Shown: positions 41,664-52,691 of the stretch, one piece after another
How the letters are laid out: the number at the start of each line of letters is the position of its first letter
Numbering within the stretch: the first letter of the stretch is position 1
From: a virus
Reading direction: 5' to 3' (one strand)
Length of the DNA stretch: 64,000 nucleotides
Virus record (IMG/VR): IMGVR_UViG_3300033144_003744
Coordinates: 1 to 64,000 of that record
Program-made: the position numbers and the translations under genes
The notes under the pieces: generated by a model
Databases searched by the model: none
What the model was told of the DNA's origin: nothing
What the model saw: only the letters and a program-made list of their open reading frames with translations

Positions 41664-41739
41664 TATTATGACGACTTCCTAAAGAGAATTTTCGTCATAA
41701 TACGGTAACAATTTATTAGTGTTTTCGTCATAATACGGT
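41664..41739. repeat. Iteron-like repeats
   Basis: TTTTCGTCATAATACGGT at 41689-41706 and 41722-41739, plus inverted core TATTATGACGA at 41664-41674. Confidence 0.8.
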
Positions 41740-41753
41740 CATTACCTTTAAAA

Positions 41754-42119
41754 TTATTTCATATCTTCAAGTATTTCATCCCAACAACTTTCCATAAATT
41801 CATCCCATATTTTATAAGGTTCTGGAATACCATTGGCACTATTAATATATTGTATCTCCTGACCAGTATCTCTATTATAAATCCAAAAATGAGACTTTTT
41901 AACAGACAATCGGTAGGTTATATTAGTTCCTTTAAAAACCATGTTATGTCTTTTGCTGTCATTTTTAAGAGTAGGAGTTAATTCAACCAAAGGAATATCA
42001 TTCTTTAATAGTTGTTTAACATCCTCAAATAATACCCAATTACCCTTTATATATGGTTGTAGTCCATAATTTGATGGTGTGTTATCAAGTTCATATCTTT
42101 TTAAATCTTTTAATTCCAT
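41754..42119 (-). CDS. Hypothetical protein (G.W..F.D.KQL family)
   Basis: Motif shared with 42122-42334. Confidence 0.5.
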   Translation of the reverse strand: MELKDLKRYELDNTPSNYGLQPYIKGNWVLFEDVKQLLKNDIPLVELTPTLKNDSKRHNMVFKGTNITYRLSVKKSHFWIYNRDTGQEIQYINSANGIPEPYKIWDEFMESCWDEILEDMK

Positions 42120-42121
42120 AA

Positions 42122-42334
42122 TTAATCCTCCCTAAATAACTGTTTAATATCTTCAAACTTTACCCATTTACCACTTGGTATTGGAGTAACTAAATTACTT
42201 GTTATTACACTATGTCTTTCTAAATTCTTTAAAAATTGTTTAATATCCTTTACCTTTATCCATTCACCAGACGAAACACCAGAAATATAACCATCTGGTC
42301 TTATATGATATCTTTGCACATGGTCGCTATTCAT
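42122..42334 (-). CDS. Hypothetical protein with two G.W....DIKQ repeats
   Basis: SGEWIKVKDIKQFL and SGKWVKFEDIKQLF. Confidence 0.5.
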   Translation of the reverse strand: MNSDHVQRYHIRPDGYISGVSSGEWIKVKDIKQFLKNLERHSVITSNLVTPIPSGKWVKFEDIKQLFRED

Positions 42335-44011
42335 TTCTTAACACCCCTAAATTATTCCTATTTCAAGTATATTATCTATAATTTCTAATGCATATTGATG
42401 TTCGTTATCATCATTATGTTGTTCATCTTCTTTTAAAAGAATAATTAAAGTCTCTAAAATATCTTCCTGGTCTCTATTAAGTTTCATTTTTTAACACATC
42501 ATTATCTTCAAGCATCTTTTCTATCATTTCAATCGCAATATCATTGCCTGATGAACCTTCCTCAATTAAATGTTCCTGTAGTATTCTTAATACAATTCTT
42601 TGGTTAATTCCTAACATCATTTTACTCACCTATTCTATATGACAATAATCTGGTTTATCACAGCATTCTATAGTTTTATTAAATAAATCCAAACTAGACA
42701 TTATAATTTTTCCTTTGTCCGTAAAAATATTTTCACGTATATTAACTAAATTGTATGTAATTTCTCTAAAATCATACAATATAATATTTCCACAGTTTAA
42801 ACATTCTACTGCATCCATTATTACCACTTCTTTTAAATGTATTGTTCGTTTAGCCATTCCATCATTTCTTGACAATAGTCTCCATCATCATTACATTCAT
42901 CTTCAAAAGGACAATATTGTTGATCACATTTAGTATTTTCTATTAATGCCCTTATCCTGTCAATCATTATATTCTGATAAGTCATGTTGATCACCTTTAA
43001 TAATCTATCTCGTGTATTCTATAGCACATTAGGTATATGCCTTCATGGAAATTGTTTTCATTATGTAAATCCACATTTTTTGCATTCTTGATTTTCTTTA
43101 TAAAATGGTAATTCTAACATAAGATTATTCATATTATCTATTTGTTCCTGGGTTATGTTAGTCATTGGATACCAATCCCTTTATCATATCTTCCACATCA
43201 TCAAACATAAGGTATTCCCCACATTTAGATTTATCTATGTAAAGGTCATAATCTCCAAATAAATCATATTTTTGAAGTTTGTTTAATTCTTTTATTAATT
43301 CATTACTATCTAATTTAATCATTATATATAACTCCCTTTTAAACGCTCTGTATTCAATCTTCTGTCCTGGTCTATATCAATACATGTGATTAGGTATAAA
43401 GTTTAATCTATGGGGTTTAAATTCAATCCTCATTAATTTATAGTACTTATCAATAGTTAGAATTATTACAGCAACGTTATAATCCAAATAAGTATTACCC
43501 CAGTTAAAAAACCATCTATTACTCCTTCTGTATATGTTTTCATATTCATCACTCCTGAATTCTATTTAGATAGTACTCTTCAATACATTGTTCACATTCT
43601 GATTTATCTTCACATTCGCATCCATCGCAAAAACTTTCCATAGTAATCACCTTATTAATATTCTGCTAATGTTATACCATCTTTAATTGCTTTAACTGTG
43701 GTGTGATTCCAGTTGTATAATTCTGTATCATATCCAAGATTAAGGATAGCTTCGAATGCATTATCACCCATAGACATTAAAAAGTTTTCGACAGCTATCT
43801 TCTTAACACTTTTACCGGATGCAAGTTTGTTTATTTCTGGTATTGTTAATTGTCTCATAATATCACTTCCTATATAACTTTATTTGTTTAGCTATATGTA
43901 AATTGCATTGTTCGCATCCATTTTTAGAAGTGCATAATGTCCAATCTGTCATGTCATGACATCTTTGTAATAAATATTCACATAATGGTTTAAGTTCTTT
44001 ATTATTCATTT

Positions 44012-44371
44012 TTACACTTCCATAACATTTTCATCCCATTCGCCTAAATGAAAATGGAAATAAAAATTACAATTAAAATAATCTGTTTGTGGATCCGATT
44101 TATCCCAATGATATTTATTGACAATATCAAGAACTTTTTTAAGTTCAATTAAAATTTCATCTGTTAAATATTCTTTATAATAGTCACTATCTAAATGATA
44201 TTGATTTAATTGATAATTAACACCTGGCTTTTTATAAACTTTCATAGGTGCCCTTAAAACTTTAATAGTAATTGAACTACCCATTGAAAAATATTCGGTT
44301 CTAACTGAAAATTTAAAGCCCTTTATTAACTTTAAATCATTTCTTATTTGTTTGGCTATTTCTTTTGTCAT
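44012..44371 (-). CDS. LPD29-like (large polyvalent protein-associated domain) protein
   Basis: KFSVRTEYFSMGSSI.I and D.SDPQTDYF..NFY. Confidence 0.65.
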   Translation of the reverse strand: MTKEIAKQIRNDLKLIKGFKFSVRTEYFSMGSSITIKVLRAPMKVYKKPGVNYQLNQYHLDSDYYKEYLTDEILIELKKVLDIVNKYHWDKSDPQTDYFNCNFYFHFHLGEWDENVMEV

Positions 44372-44919
44372 TATAATCGTCTCTTTAATTCAAGTAAATA
44401 CATTAGTTCATTACATATGTCTTTATTATCTCTAAATGGACAAACACAACAATTTATATCTTTACATCCATAAGGTAATAATCTTTTAATTTCTGTTTGT
44501 GTTAATTTATATACTGTTGTCATCATTATCACCACTTATAAATCTCTCTCTTCTAAAAATAATTCCATATTATTTACTTCCCTTCCATCAATACAATTAT
44601 CTATATCTTCAAAGTCTAAATTTTTACATTGATTATAACATTCACAGTTAAGACAAACATTATAAAGAAATCCATCATATATTTCATCATCAATTATCAT
44701 TATTATCACCAGAATATTATATTAATTCCTTATTAATTAAAAAGTTTTTTAGTTCATGATTCAATTTTTCTATGGGAATTTTTACAGTACTCCAATGAGG
44801 ACTATGATTATAAATAGTGGTGCCAAATTGCGGTACAAATACACTACCATTGGATATTTTTATAGCATATCCTTTATAACTTATTGTTGTTGATATAATA
44901 TTTACATCATTCATTATTA

Positions 44920-45414
44920 TCACCAATTCTTAACATATACCAATTTCTTATTCTCATCATAAACATTAGAACACTGACCACATGATTCTCTATTCATATT
45001 TTTTGTCTTCTTAGCTAATTGATGTTTATAACCACATGCCGGACAGACCGCAGTATATTTTTTGGGGGATTGTTTTAAATCATTAAATATTTTCCATGTG
45101 TGATTATAAGGAAGTCCCATGCGCCGACATTCTGCGGTAAATCCATATCCATGATTAGGATGTTTCAAATGTGCGACTTCATGTTTTATTAATGCTGTTA
45201 AAACATCAATGCGCCAGTCATTACACTCTATAAACTGTTTTGATAGTTCAATATGGTTTCTATTATCACCATAAGAATATCTTATACATCGTCCTGCAAT
45301 TGCTTTAAGTCTTCCATTAAGACTTATAGGCACCGGTTTATATCCGTATTCATTACAGACATTTAAATGTATATCTTCCATTTGTTTAATAAGTTCTGGG
45401 GTTGTATTGATCAT
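44920..45414 (-). CDS. SprT-like zinc metalloprotease
   Basis: RL..IAGRC, IELS, HEVAH, HG..F, C-terminal CPAC/CGQC. Confidence 0.85.
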   Translation of the reverse strand: MINTTPELIKQMEDIHLNVCNEYGYKPVPISLNGRLKAIAGRCIRYSYGDNRNHIELSKQFIECNDWRIDVLTALIKHEVAHLKHPNHGYGFTAECRRMGLPYNHTWKIFNDLKQSPKKYTAVCPACGYKHQLAKKTKNMNRESCGQCSNVYDENKKLVYVKNW

Positions 45415-45816
45415 TATTATCACCAATAATTTGTTATTGCTTTACTATATGCTTTAACAGCGTCATAAGTTGAACAAAAAATAATTTTTAGTGTTCCATC
45501 ATTAGGATTTAATCTGATTAATTCTTTTCTTAAATTACATTCTAAATAATAACTTTGTTCAATATTCATAATATCACCTATCTTTTAAATTTATCCTAAA
45601 TATTTTACGCCTAATAGATTTAACTAAATAGACTTTATAAAAAATTAGAAGAGAATAAAATTTTATTCATTTAAAAACTGTTTAACTATTTTTCTCCTTC
45701 TATCAAAGGAAATATCATGCCATGATTTCCCATATGTATTACATATAATATTTGTAACCATTACATATTGTTCATTAGATACCTCAGTATCCATTATATT
45801 TGTCATATTATCAACC

Positions 45817-46457
45817 TCAGTGCAAATTAAATACTACATTCTCATTACCCTTAAAACACCTTAAACATTTATCGCACGTCATTTTAGTATGATCACCAGT
45901 AGTCGCAGGACATACAAAAGAATTATTGATTCTATCGTCAGATTCAATGTAAGCATACTTAACATTCTTAGGCTTTTCTTTTGGAAGTTTACAATCTGGT
46001 TCAATACTGAAATAAAGTTTAAGATTTTTAGGTATGTTGTTAAACTTTAGATAGTCGTGTGTACTTCTATTATTATAACTTTTTGTATAAGCCAAAAATG
46101 TTGTATTTGGAAATTCATTTATAATTTTAAACCATGCATTTATATAATCTTGGCTAAAAAAATCACCGGAACTATGAAGCCTAAAATATTTAGGACTATA
46201 GATAGTCAGAAAATCCCGCATTTCATGCTTAAACGTATCTAAATCATGAATACATACATGTAGGTTAGTATCCCATGCCCTTTTAGTTCCTGGATATTGT
46301 CTATAACTCTTAAGAGCATAACAATACTTCTTACATTCAGAACAATTTAAACATGATTTAACCGGTGTTAAATTAAACTGTGGGATAGTACCAAGTTTAG
46401 AATTACCCAATGATATTCTAATACTTAGATTTTTATGAAAATTAGCTTTATTCATAA
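45817..46457 (-). CDS. Phage Gp88-like Cys-rich (radical-SAM-related) protein
   Basis: GNSKLG, FNL....C....C..YCYA, FRLHSSGDF, AYTK, CP......C..C..C. Confidence 0.7.
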
Positions 46458-47150
46458 TGAAGCACCTCATCATAATAATCATCAACGTCATGATCAGAAA
46501 TGTTAAACATTTCATAACATTCTATATCTAATACTGCCGCAATATCTTCCATCCTACTAAATGTTTTTTTATCTGTCATAATATCACCCCTCCATTTTAA
46601 CAATAACTTTTTTAACTTCATCAAGATTATCAAATGTCATAAAAACAATTGTCATTTTTTGATTTTCAGATAATGAAGATTTTTTTAATAATTCGTTACG
46701 TTGTCGTTCAAGTGTAACGTGCGAGTGCAAAGATAATCCATAACTATATAAAAAATCGTCCGGTATTGGTTTTAATGATACCACTGTATGTTTACCGGCA
46801 TTTGATTTTTTATCTTCATTAGAAGATTTTATTATCCATGCATCGACCTCATAAGTTGGAATACCCCATAAGTCCTTTGTTGATTGATATATCGAATATC
46901 TATATTCATTCATGATTGATCACCTATGTATAAAATTACTACCTAATCTTTTCTTAGCTGCATCAATTCTTTTATCATGCCTTTTCAGTTTTGAAAAATG
47001 TCCCATACCCATTTTAAACACCACCAGAATTTAAAGCTATATATACAACAATTCCCCATAATGATATCATACATAATACACATAATCCACATACAATTTT
47101 TTGCATTATACTCATAATATATCCTCCGATTAATTTATACTTAAATTTAA

Positions 47151-47372
47151 TTATTCTATTGGTCCATATGCAGATTCAATAATTTCATAACATCTATCAC
47201 AATCTAAAGTACTTCCTTCCAAATAATAATCAAATACATAATCATTATATTCATTTACATTTAAACCCCTTGCGCATATTTCACACAATACTTCATTTGT
47301 TTTTTTATGCACAAAAATTAAGGGGTATGCATGTTCATGATCAAATATATCTACTGGTATTTCATTTATCAT
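47151..47372 (-). CDS. Small Zn-finger protein, first gene of the leftward early operon
   Basis: YPL...LCEIC...CDRC...IESAYG; GGAGG SD directly after the hammerhead. Confidence 0.6.
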   Translation of the reverse strand: MINEIPVDIFDHEHAYPLIFVHKKTNEVLCEICARGLNVNEYNDYVFDYYLEGSTLDCDRCYEIIESAYGPIE

Positions 47373-47388
47373 AATATTAGTCCTCCGA

Positions 47389-47448
47389 TATTTTTGTTTC
47401 GACTTAATAAAGTCTCATCAGTAATGGTTTAACCATTAGACAAAAATA
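47389..47448 (-). ncRNA. Type III hammerhead ribozyme
   Basis: TATTTTTGTC / TAATGGT-TAA-ACCATTA / CTGATGA / GACTT-TATT-AAGTC / GAAACAAAAATA: complete core and three perfect stems. Confidence 0.93.
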
Positions 47449-47800
47449 ACCACATTAAACACCTAAAGGCTTTTCAAACCTTCGAAATGTTGGGCCTCTT
47501 TATTTGCTTGTGATCATTCCACCCACCAGAGATTCAAAGGATTGTAGGAAATCCCTTGTACACAGGCTTAGAGACATTCGTATTACCTCATGACAATTCT
47601 AAGCGTCTATGTGTTGAGAGTATAAAGTGGAACTCATACCTACCTATGTATGTGTACATACTTTTAACTTCACTGCAATTTTTAGCCTGTCTTATTATCA
47701 CCTGATTCTGATTACTTCGCAAATTTTTGAGTTCGTGTGTGTGTAGCCCTATCGGCACCGGTTAGGCACCTGGTTTTATCCCCTTACTTTGGGATACATT
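47449..47800 (-). ncRNA. Long structured leader or ncRNA upstream of the hammerhead
   Basis: ORF-free and GC-richer; hairpins TATCCC/GGGATA, GCTTAGA/TCTAAGC, AAGGGATT/AATCCTTT, AAGGTTT/AAGCCTT. Confidence 0.5.
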
Positions 47801-47812
47801 ACAATTGATTCC

Positions 47813-47828
47813 TAAGTATATATACTTA
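47813..47828. promoter_or_regulatory. Palindromic TATA element
   Basis: TAAGTATATATACTTA perfect palindrome just upstream of the leader's first hairpin. Confidence 0.55.
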
Positions 47829-48192
47829 TCGGTAGTAAAAACGATAGCAATAGATGCAGTTAAAAGAAAAAGAAAAAGTAAATCATATATGTAGTGCCCA
47901 CAGTCTACCGATAGCGTTTTTATTAGACCTGGCCGTGCCCATGAAAACAGTATAAAAAAATTATCAAAAACAAGGTTTCATACTGTGAACTTGAATTGAA
48001 ATAAATTTATGGGATACATTTAAATATTTAGTTAAGAATATTTAGAAAATGGTAAAAAATAAATAGCTTCTACCCAAAAAATTAGGGGGAGTATTTTAAA
48101 CACTATAATGTATTAAACTAACGATTTTTATTTTTTAAAATTTTTTAAAATATTTATACTATACAATAATTCTTTAAATGTAACCCAACACC

Positions 48193-48223
48193 TTTAAATA
48201 CGATAAGCACGTATTAAGTGTAT
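48193..48223 (+). promoter_or_regulatory. Viral promoter motif, copy 2 (leaderless ATG at 48222)
   Basis: TTTAAATACGATAAGCACGTATTAAGTGTAT. Confidence 0.7.
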
Positions 48224-48360
48224 GGATTATGAAGCATCAGATTCATATACTTATGATTATAGTATAGATAAACCATTTAAAGATAAAATGGGAAATGTAT
48301 ATGGAGTAATGGATGAATCTTATTTACTTCTAAATGTAACAAAGAAAGATTCTTTAAAAC

Positions 48361-48714
48361 TGGAGATTACTTATGAATGAAATAGATAATAGAGACGAAG
48401 AATTAATAGATGACTTTATGAAATGTATGATGTACTGATAGAGTTGGGATAATTATGATACAAGAATTTCTCACAATACCGTTTAATTTATATGATTGTA
48501 TAAGACATCCAGAAAGATATCCTGAACTGTGTGAAGATATGTTAACTTTGGAGATTACTTATGAATAGAGATGAAATGACTAAAGATTTATCACAACAGA
48601 TTTTAAAGGTGTTAGTTTATGGTAGTACTTTAGATCCAGATGATGTTGTATTTATAGATTATACAGATTTTGATAAAGATTCTATGGAGTTAAAGATTAC
48701 TTATGAATGAAATA
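48361..48714 (+). repeat. Repeated gene-junction sequence (TGG)AGATTACTTATGAAT x3
   Basis: Copies at 48361, 48549 and 48694; each encodes ITYE-stop and the next ATG. Confidence 0.8.
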
Positions 48715-50471
48715 ACAGAAGAGGAATTTTATAATTTCCTATACACACAAAATATTATAACAGATCTTATAGAAGAAAAGACTAAAGAACTGTCTATTAT
48801 TTTATATAATAGATTACCTGAAGGTGAAATGTGTGATGTCGATATATTTGAATCTGAATTTAGGTCGAGATGTATTTTTGTTGAATTTGAAGAATATAGA
48901 TATGGTGAATCTAATAGAGATCAATTTGAACTTCCAATAAGATTTTTATATGATTCTGATTATCCTGCTGTTTATAAAGAAGAACATGAAGAAAAAAAAG
49001 ATTACAGCAAATAAAAAGAAAGAAGTTAAACGTAAAAAGGAAGAGTATGAAAAACTTTATCTTGAAAATTTTGAAAGAGATGAATATAATAGGTTGAGAA
49101 AGAAATATGAATAGACTATTAAAATTTTATCATAGATACCAAAATCAACGTAGGATTCATACTTGGGCTTCTTTTTGGATAGTTGTTAAAATGGCTTGGG
49201 CTCAATCTGGTAGAACAAGAGGTTATGATTCCAGTGTAGTTTGTTATAAAGATATTAACACGTATGATTGCTCACCAGTTTCTATAGGGATTGCTTTAAA
49301 TTCATGTAAGAAAAATGAGTATACAACAGTTATATTTTCCTGTAATCATGAATATGAATATTCTAATGGTATAAGAAAATGTTTGAACTGTGGTAAAGAG
49401 AATAGATATTATTTAAAAATTTAGAGGTGTGGGTATGTTTAGATTTAATATAGATGATTTAAAAGAAGTGCAATTTGAGTTAAATGGACTGATTGAAAGG
49501 ATAGAACGTGTAAATAATAACAGTGAAATTATAGGTCAGAAAATGATAGATTCTGGTATTCCAGAAGAATATCTAATTAAAATAGTTGGAATTATAGCAC
49601 AGGAACTTTATGAATAAATCTAATAGAGATAAATTAAAATCTTTAACAGATGAAGAATATAAATATCTTATGGATTCATTAGAAGAGAATGAAGAGTTGA
49701 TGGTTAGTTTATCTAATGTAACTTTGGTGCATAAAAATGTATAAAATAGAACTTTTAACAGAAGATAACCGTATGCTTATGAAGCATGAAAACTTTGTAA
49801 AGTTTGTAGAAGGTCAAAGATTACAAGTTTTTGATGAGAGAGGTGAAACGGTGTATGCTGTTTATAATGGAATCATAGTGGAGAGGATTGAATGATTACA
49901 CAAAGGATTATGAGTTTTATGTATGATATAACTCCATTTGTTATTATTTTTTCTGTAATGTAGGTGAATAAATGTTTAAAGTAGAAATGAATTCGATAAA
50001 AATGACAGTATGGATGGAAAAAGAGGAGTTTAAAAACTTTATGAATGATAATTTATTATCCGTTTTTACAGATGGTGAATTGATATTTACGATGTATAAT
50101 GGCTTTGTAATTGGATGTATAAGGCATGATAAAAAAATTACAAATATTAAATGTATTAACTGAAATAGGTTGGGGCTTATTTGTTATGTTTCCAGCAATG
50201 GTTATAATTATAAGTCCTTCTTTATAATTGGTGATAATATAATATCTTATCCAATAGCATTAATATATGTTGGGTTAATTGGAATTTCTATATATATTAC
50301 ACAAAATCTATGGTGTTTATTAGCATTATTTTTTGCACCAAGTGTAAGTATAGGTAATTAATATGAAAGATAAAATAGAATGGAAAGGAATGATGATTCC
50401 AGATAAAGATTGTTTTAGGGAAGAAAAGAAATGTACACCAGATTGTCCTTCATATGATATGGGGTGGTTAT

Positions 50472-51104
50472 ATGATTGAATTGTGGAAAACACAAGTCGG
50501 TTCTCATCTTTGGAAGATGAATCACGAAGGTAGTGATAATGATTATTTTGTTGTGCATATTGCTCCCTCTGAAGATATTTTAAATGGTAGTATTACTAGG
50601 TTGAGTTCCAAGGTTATGAAGATTAAAGGGGATGATTTTGTATCTCATGAAGTTGGAAGGGTTGTAGATGAGCTTATTAAAGGTAATATTAACTTTTTAA
50701 CTGGTATTATGTCTGATATTATTGTATATGATAGGTCTTGTTATCTGTATGAATTGAGGGATTTAGTTAAAGAGTATGGACAGACTAAAGCTTGTGTACA
50801 TAGTATTAAGGGTCTAGCGATGCATAATTATAAAAAATATGTTTTAGGCAATAAAAATGATCCAATGATTAGTAAAAGATGTGGAATTATTAATAGAAGT
50901 TTATTATTTGGTATTAATTTATTAAGTGGCGAAGGATTTAAGTTTAATCCAGTAATAAACCCAACACCGAAAAATACATGTTATCTATTTAAAGGATTTG
51001 AATATGCAGTTAAAAATAGTTCATTCCCAGAAAAAATAAATTCCGAACCATTTAGAGATTGGTTGTATAATCTTAGATTAGATGAACTTAATGAAAAGAT
51101 ATAA
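50472..51104 (+). CDS. Predicted nucleotidyltransferase (pol-beta superfamily, RlaP/YcgL-like)
   Basis: GSHLW.MN..GSDND, HEV, KGNINF. Confidence 0.8.
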   Translation: MIELWKTQVGSHLWKMNHEGSDNDYFVVHIAPSEDILNGSITRLSSKVMKIKGDDFVSHEVGRVVDELIKGNINFLTGIMSDIIVYDRSCYLYELRDLVKEYGQTKACVHSIKGLAMHNYKKYVLGNKNDPMISKRCGIINRSLLFGINLLSGEGFKFNPVINPTPKNTCYLFKGFEYAVKNSSFPEKINSEPFRDWLYNLRLDELNEKI

Positions 51105-51168
51105 GTGTACATTAATTAGTTTATATAAACTAATATAACAAAAATATACAAATAAGTTGGTTATATAA

Positions 51169-51507
51169 ATGAATTTTATTACTAAAATAGAACTCAAATC
51201 AAATCATGATAACACCATCTATTCTAAAGAAGCAATAGATAGTATTTTTGAACAGGCAAAAACCACTATAGTTAATATTGGTACATCTAATATTACTATA
51301 GGTAAAATAGAAAGTACCGATATTAATAATTATACAATGTCATTAAATATGAATATAAATCCAGATATTTTAAATATAGAATATGATATTCAACCCGGTG
51401 GATATATAATAAAATGTCACAAAGAAGGGGATATAACAATAATTGATGAAATAGATTTACAATATATGTCTTTAATGCCAATAGAAAGTAAAGGAGAAAT
51501 AAAATGA
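51169..51507 (+). CDS. Hypothetical protein, weakly prohead-protease-like
   Basis: N.IYSKEAI...IG.I...PGG.I pattern only. Confidence 0.25.
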   Translation: MNFITKIELKSNHDNTIYSKEAIDSIFEQAKTTIVNIGTSNITIGKIESTDINNYTMSLNMNINPDILNIEYDIQPGGYIIKCHKEGDITIIDEIDLQYMSLMPIESKGEIK

Positions 51508-52691
51508 TATACTTTATAACTGGAGAAATACTACCAAATAAGCTGACAAACTACACTGATGGATTACCTGATGGAATGTATAGTATACTCGACCCAATAC
51601 ATAATCCAATAGAAAGTCCCATTGAGAGTCCTGTAGAGAGCCCTATATCTAATGGAGGAGTTATATAAATGGATATAACTGATGAATATATAAAAATGTG
51701 TAGACAGTTACCTGAAGAAATGTATAGTGATATTATTGATGGTGATTTTTATTATTGGAAATTATCATCTGAAAAACATGGTAGAATCTGCATATCATAT
51801 ACACAGGATTATGAAGATTACACCGTACATCATCCAGAACAGTGGGATTTTTTAAATGGTCGTGAAATTATTAAATTATATCGTCAAGATCAATTACAAG
51901 ATATGATTAAAATGGATTTATCATGTATGTGTTGGGAATTTAATAATTCTATAAATACTGAACGATTTCATTCATATGAACAATTATGGCTTGTATTTAT
52001 AATGCAAAAAATATATAAAAAACGATGGAATGGTTCTGAATGGATAATGAGGTAATATAAATGAGAAAAATAATAACAAAAGAAATTGAAGTAATCACAT
52101 GTGACATTTGTAATAAAGAGTCAGACATCATTACAAAATGTAGAGTATGTGGAAAGGATATTTGTAATATGCATAGAATAGGAGATCAGTGTATAGAATG
52201 TTGGAAAGATAATTGTTCCTATGCCATTATTAAGTCTACCTTAACAGAAGAGTACGGTTATGATTCAAGGCCATTTACAACTATAAAAATAGAACATGAA
52301 AATAAATCAAAATGGAATGATTTAATATCTAGGTTTGTAGGAAAGAGAATAAAAATTACTATTGAAGAATGTCCTAAACATGAAGCAATAGACGGTGACA
52401 ATACAAAGGAATGGTTAAAGAAATGTGCATCCCTTGGGATAAAATAAAATGAAACTACAAGACTTAATGAAACTCCATCCAGACGGACATGATTTTAGAA
52501 TTTGTTCAAGAGAAACAAAAAGATATGGTGGTATTACATATTTTAAATCAATATGGGTTGAATGGATAGAAGCAGGAAAACCAGAATGGAGAGAAATAAG
52601 TGAGTTGAATATATCTTATTTGGATAATGAATATAGTTTTGAATTATTTGATTAGGGATAAACTTAAATATTAATGGGTTGTAATATAAGT

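Noticed and set aside
41689-41739. Mini-CRISPR array
   Set aside because: Only two 18-bp repeats with a 15-bp gap, too short for repeat and spacer.
47558-47612. Second hammerhead in the long leader (TCATGAGG...CGAA...GTC)
   Set aside because: Core deviates from CUGAUGA and GAAA, and stem III cannot form; retained only as a generic hairpin.
48361-48714. CRISPR-like repeats
   Set aside because: Spacing is 145-190 bp and the intervals are ORFs; these are gene junctions.
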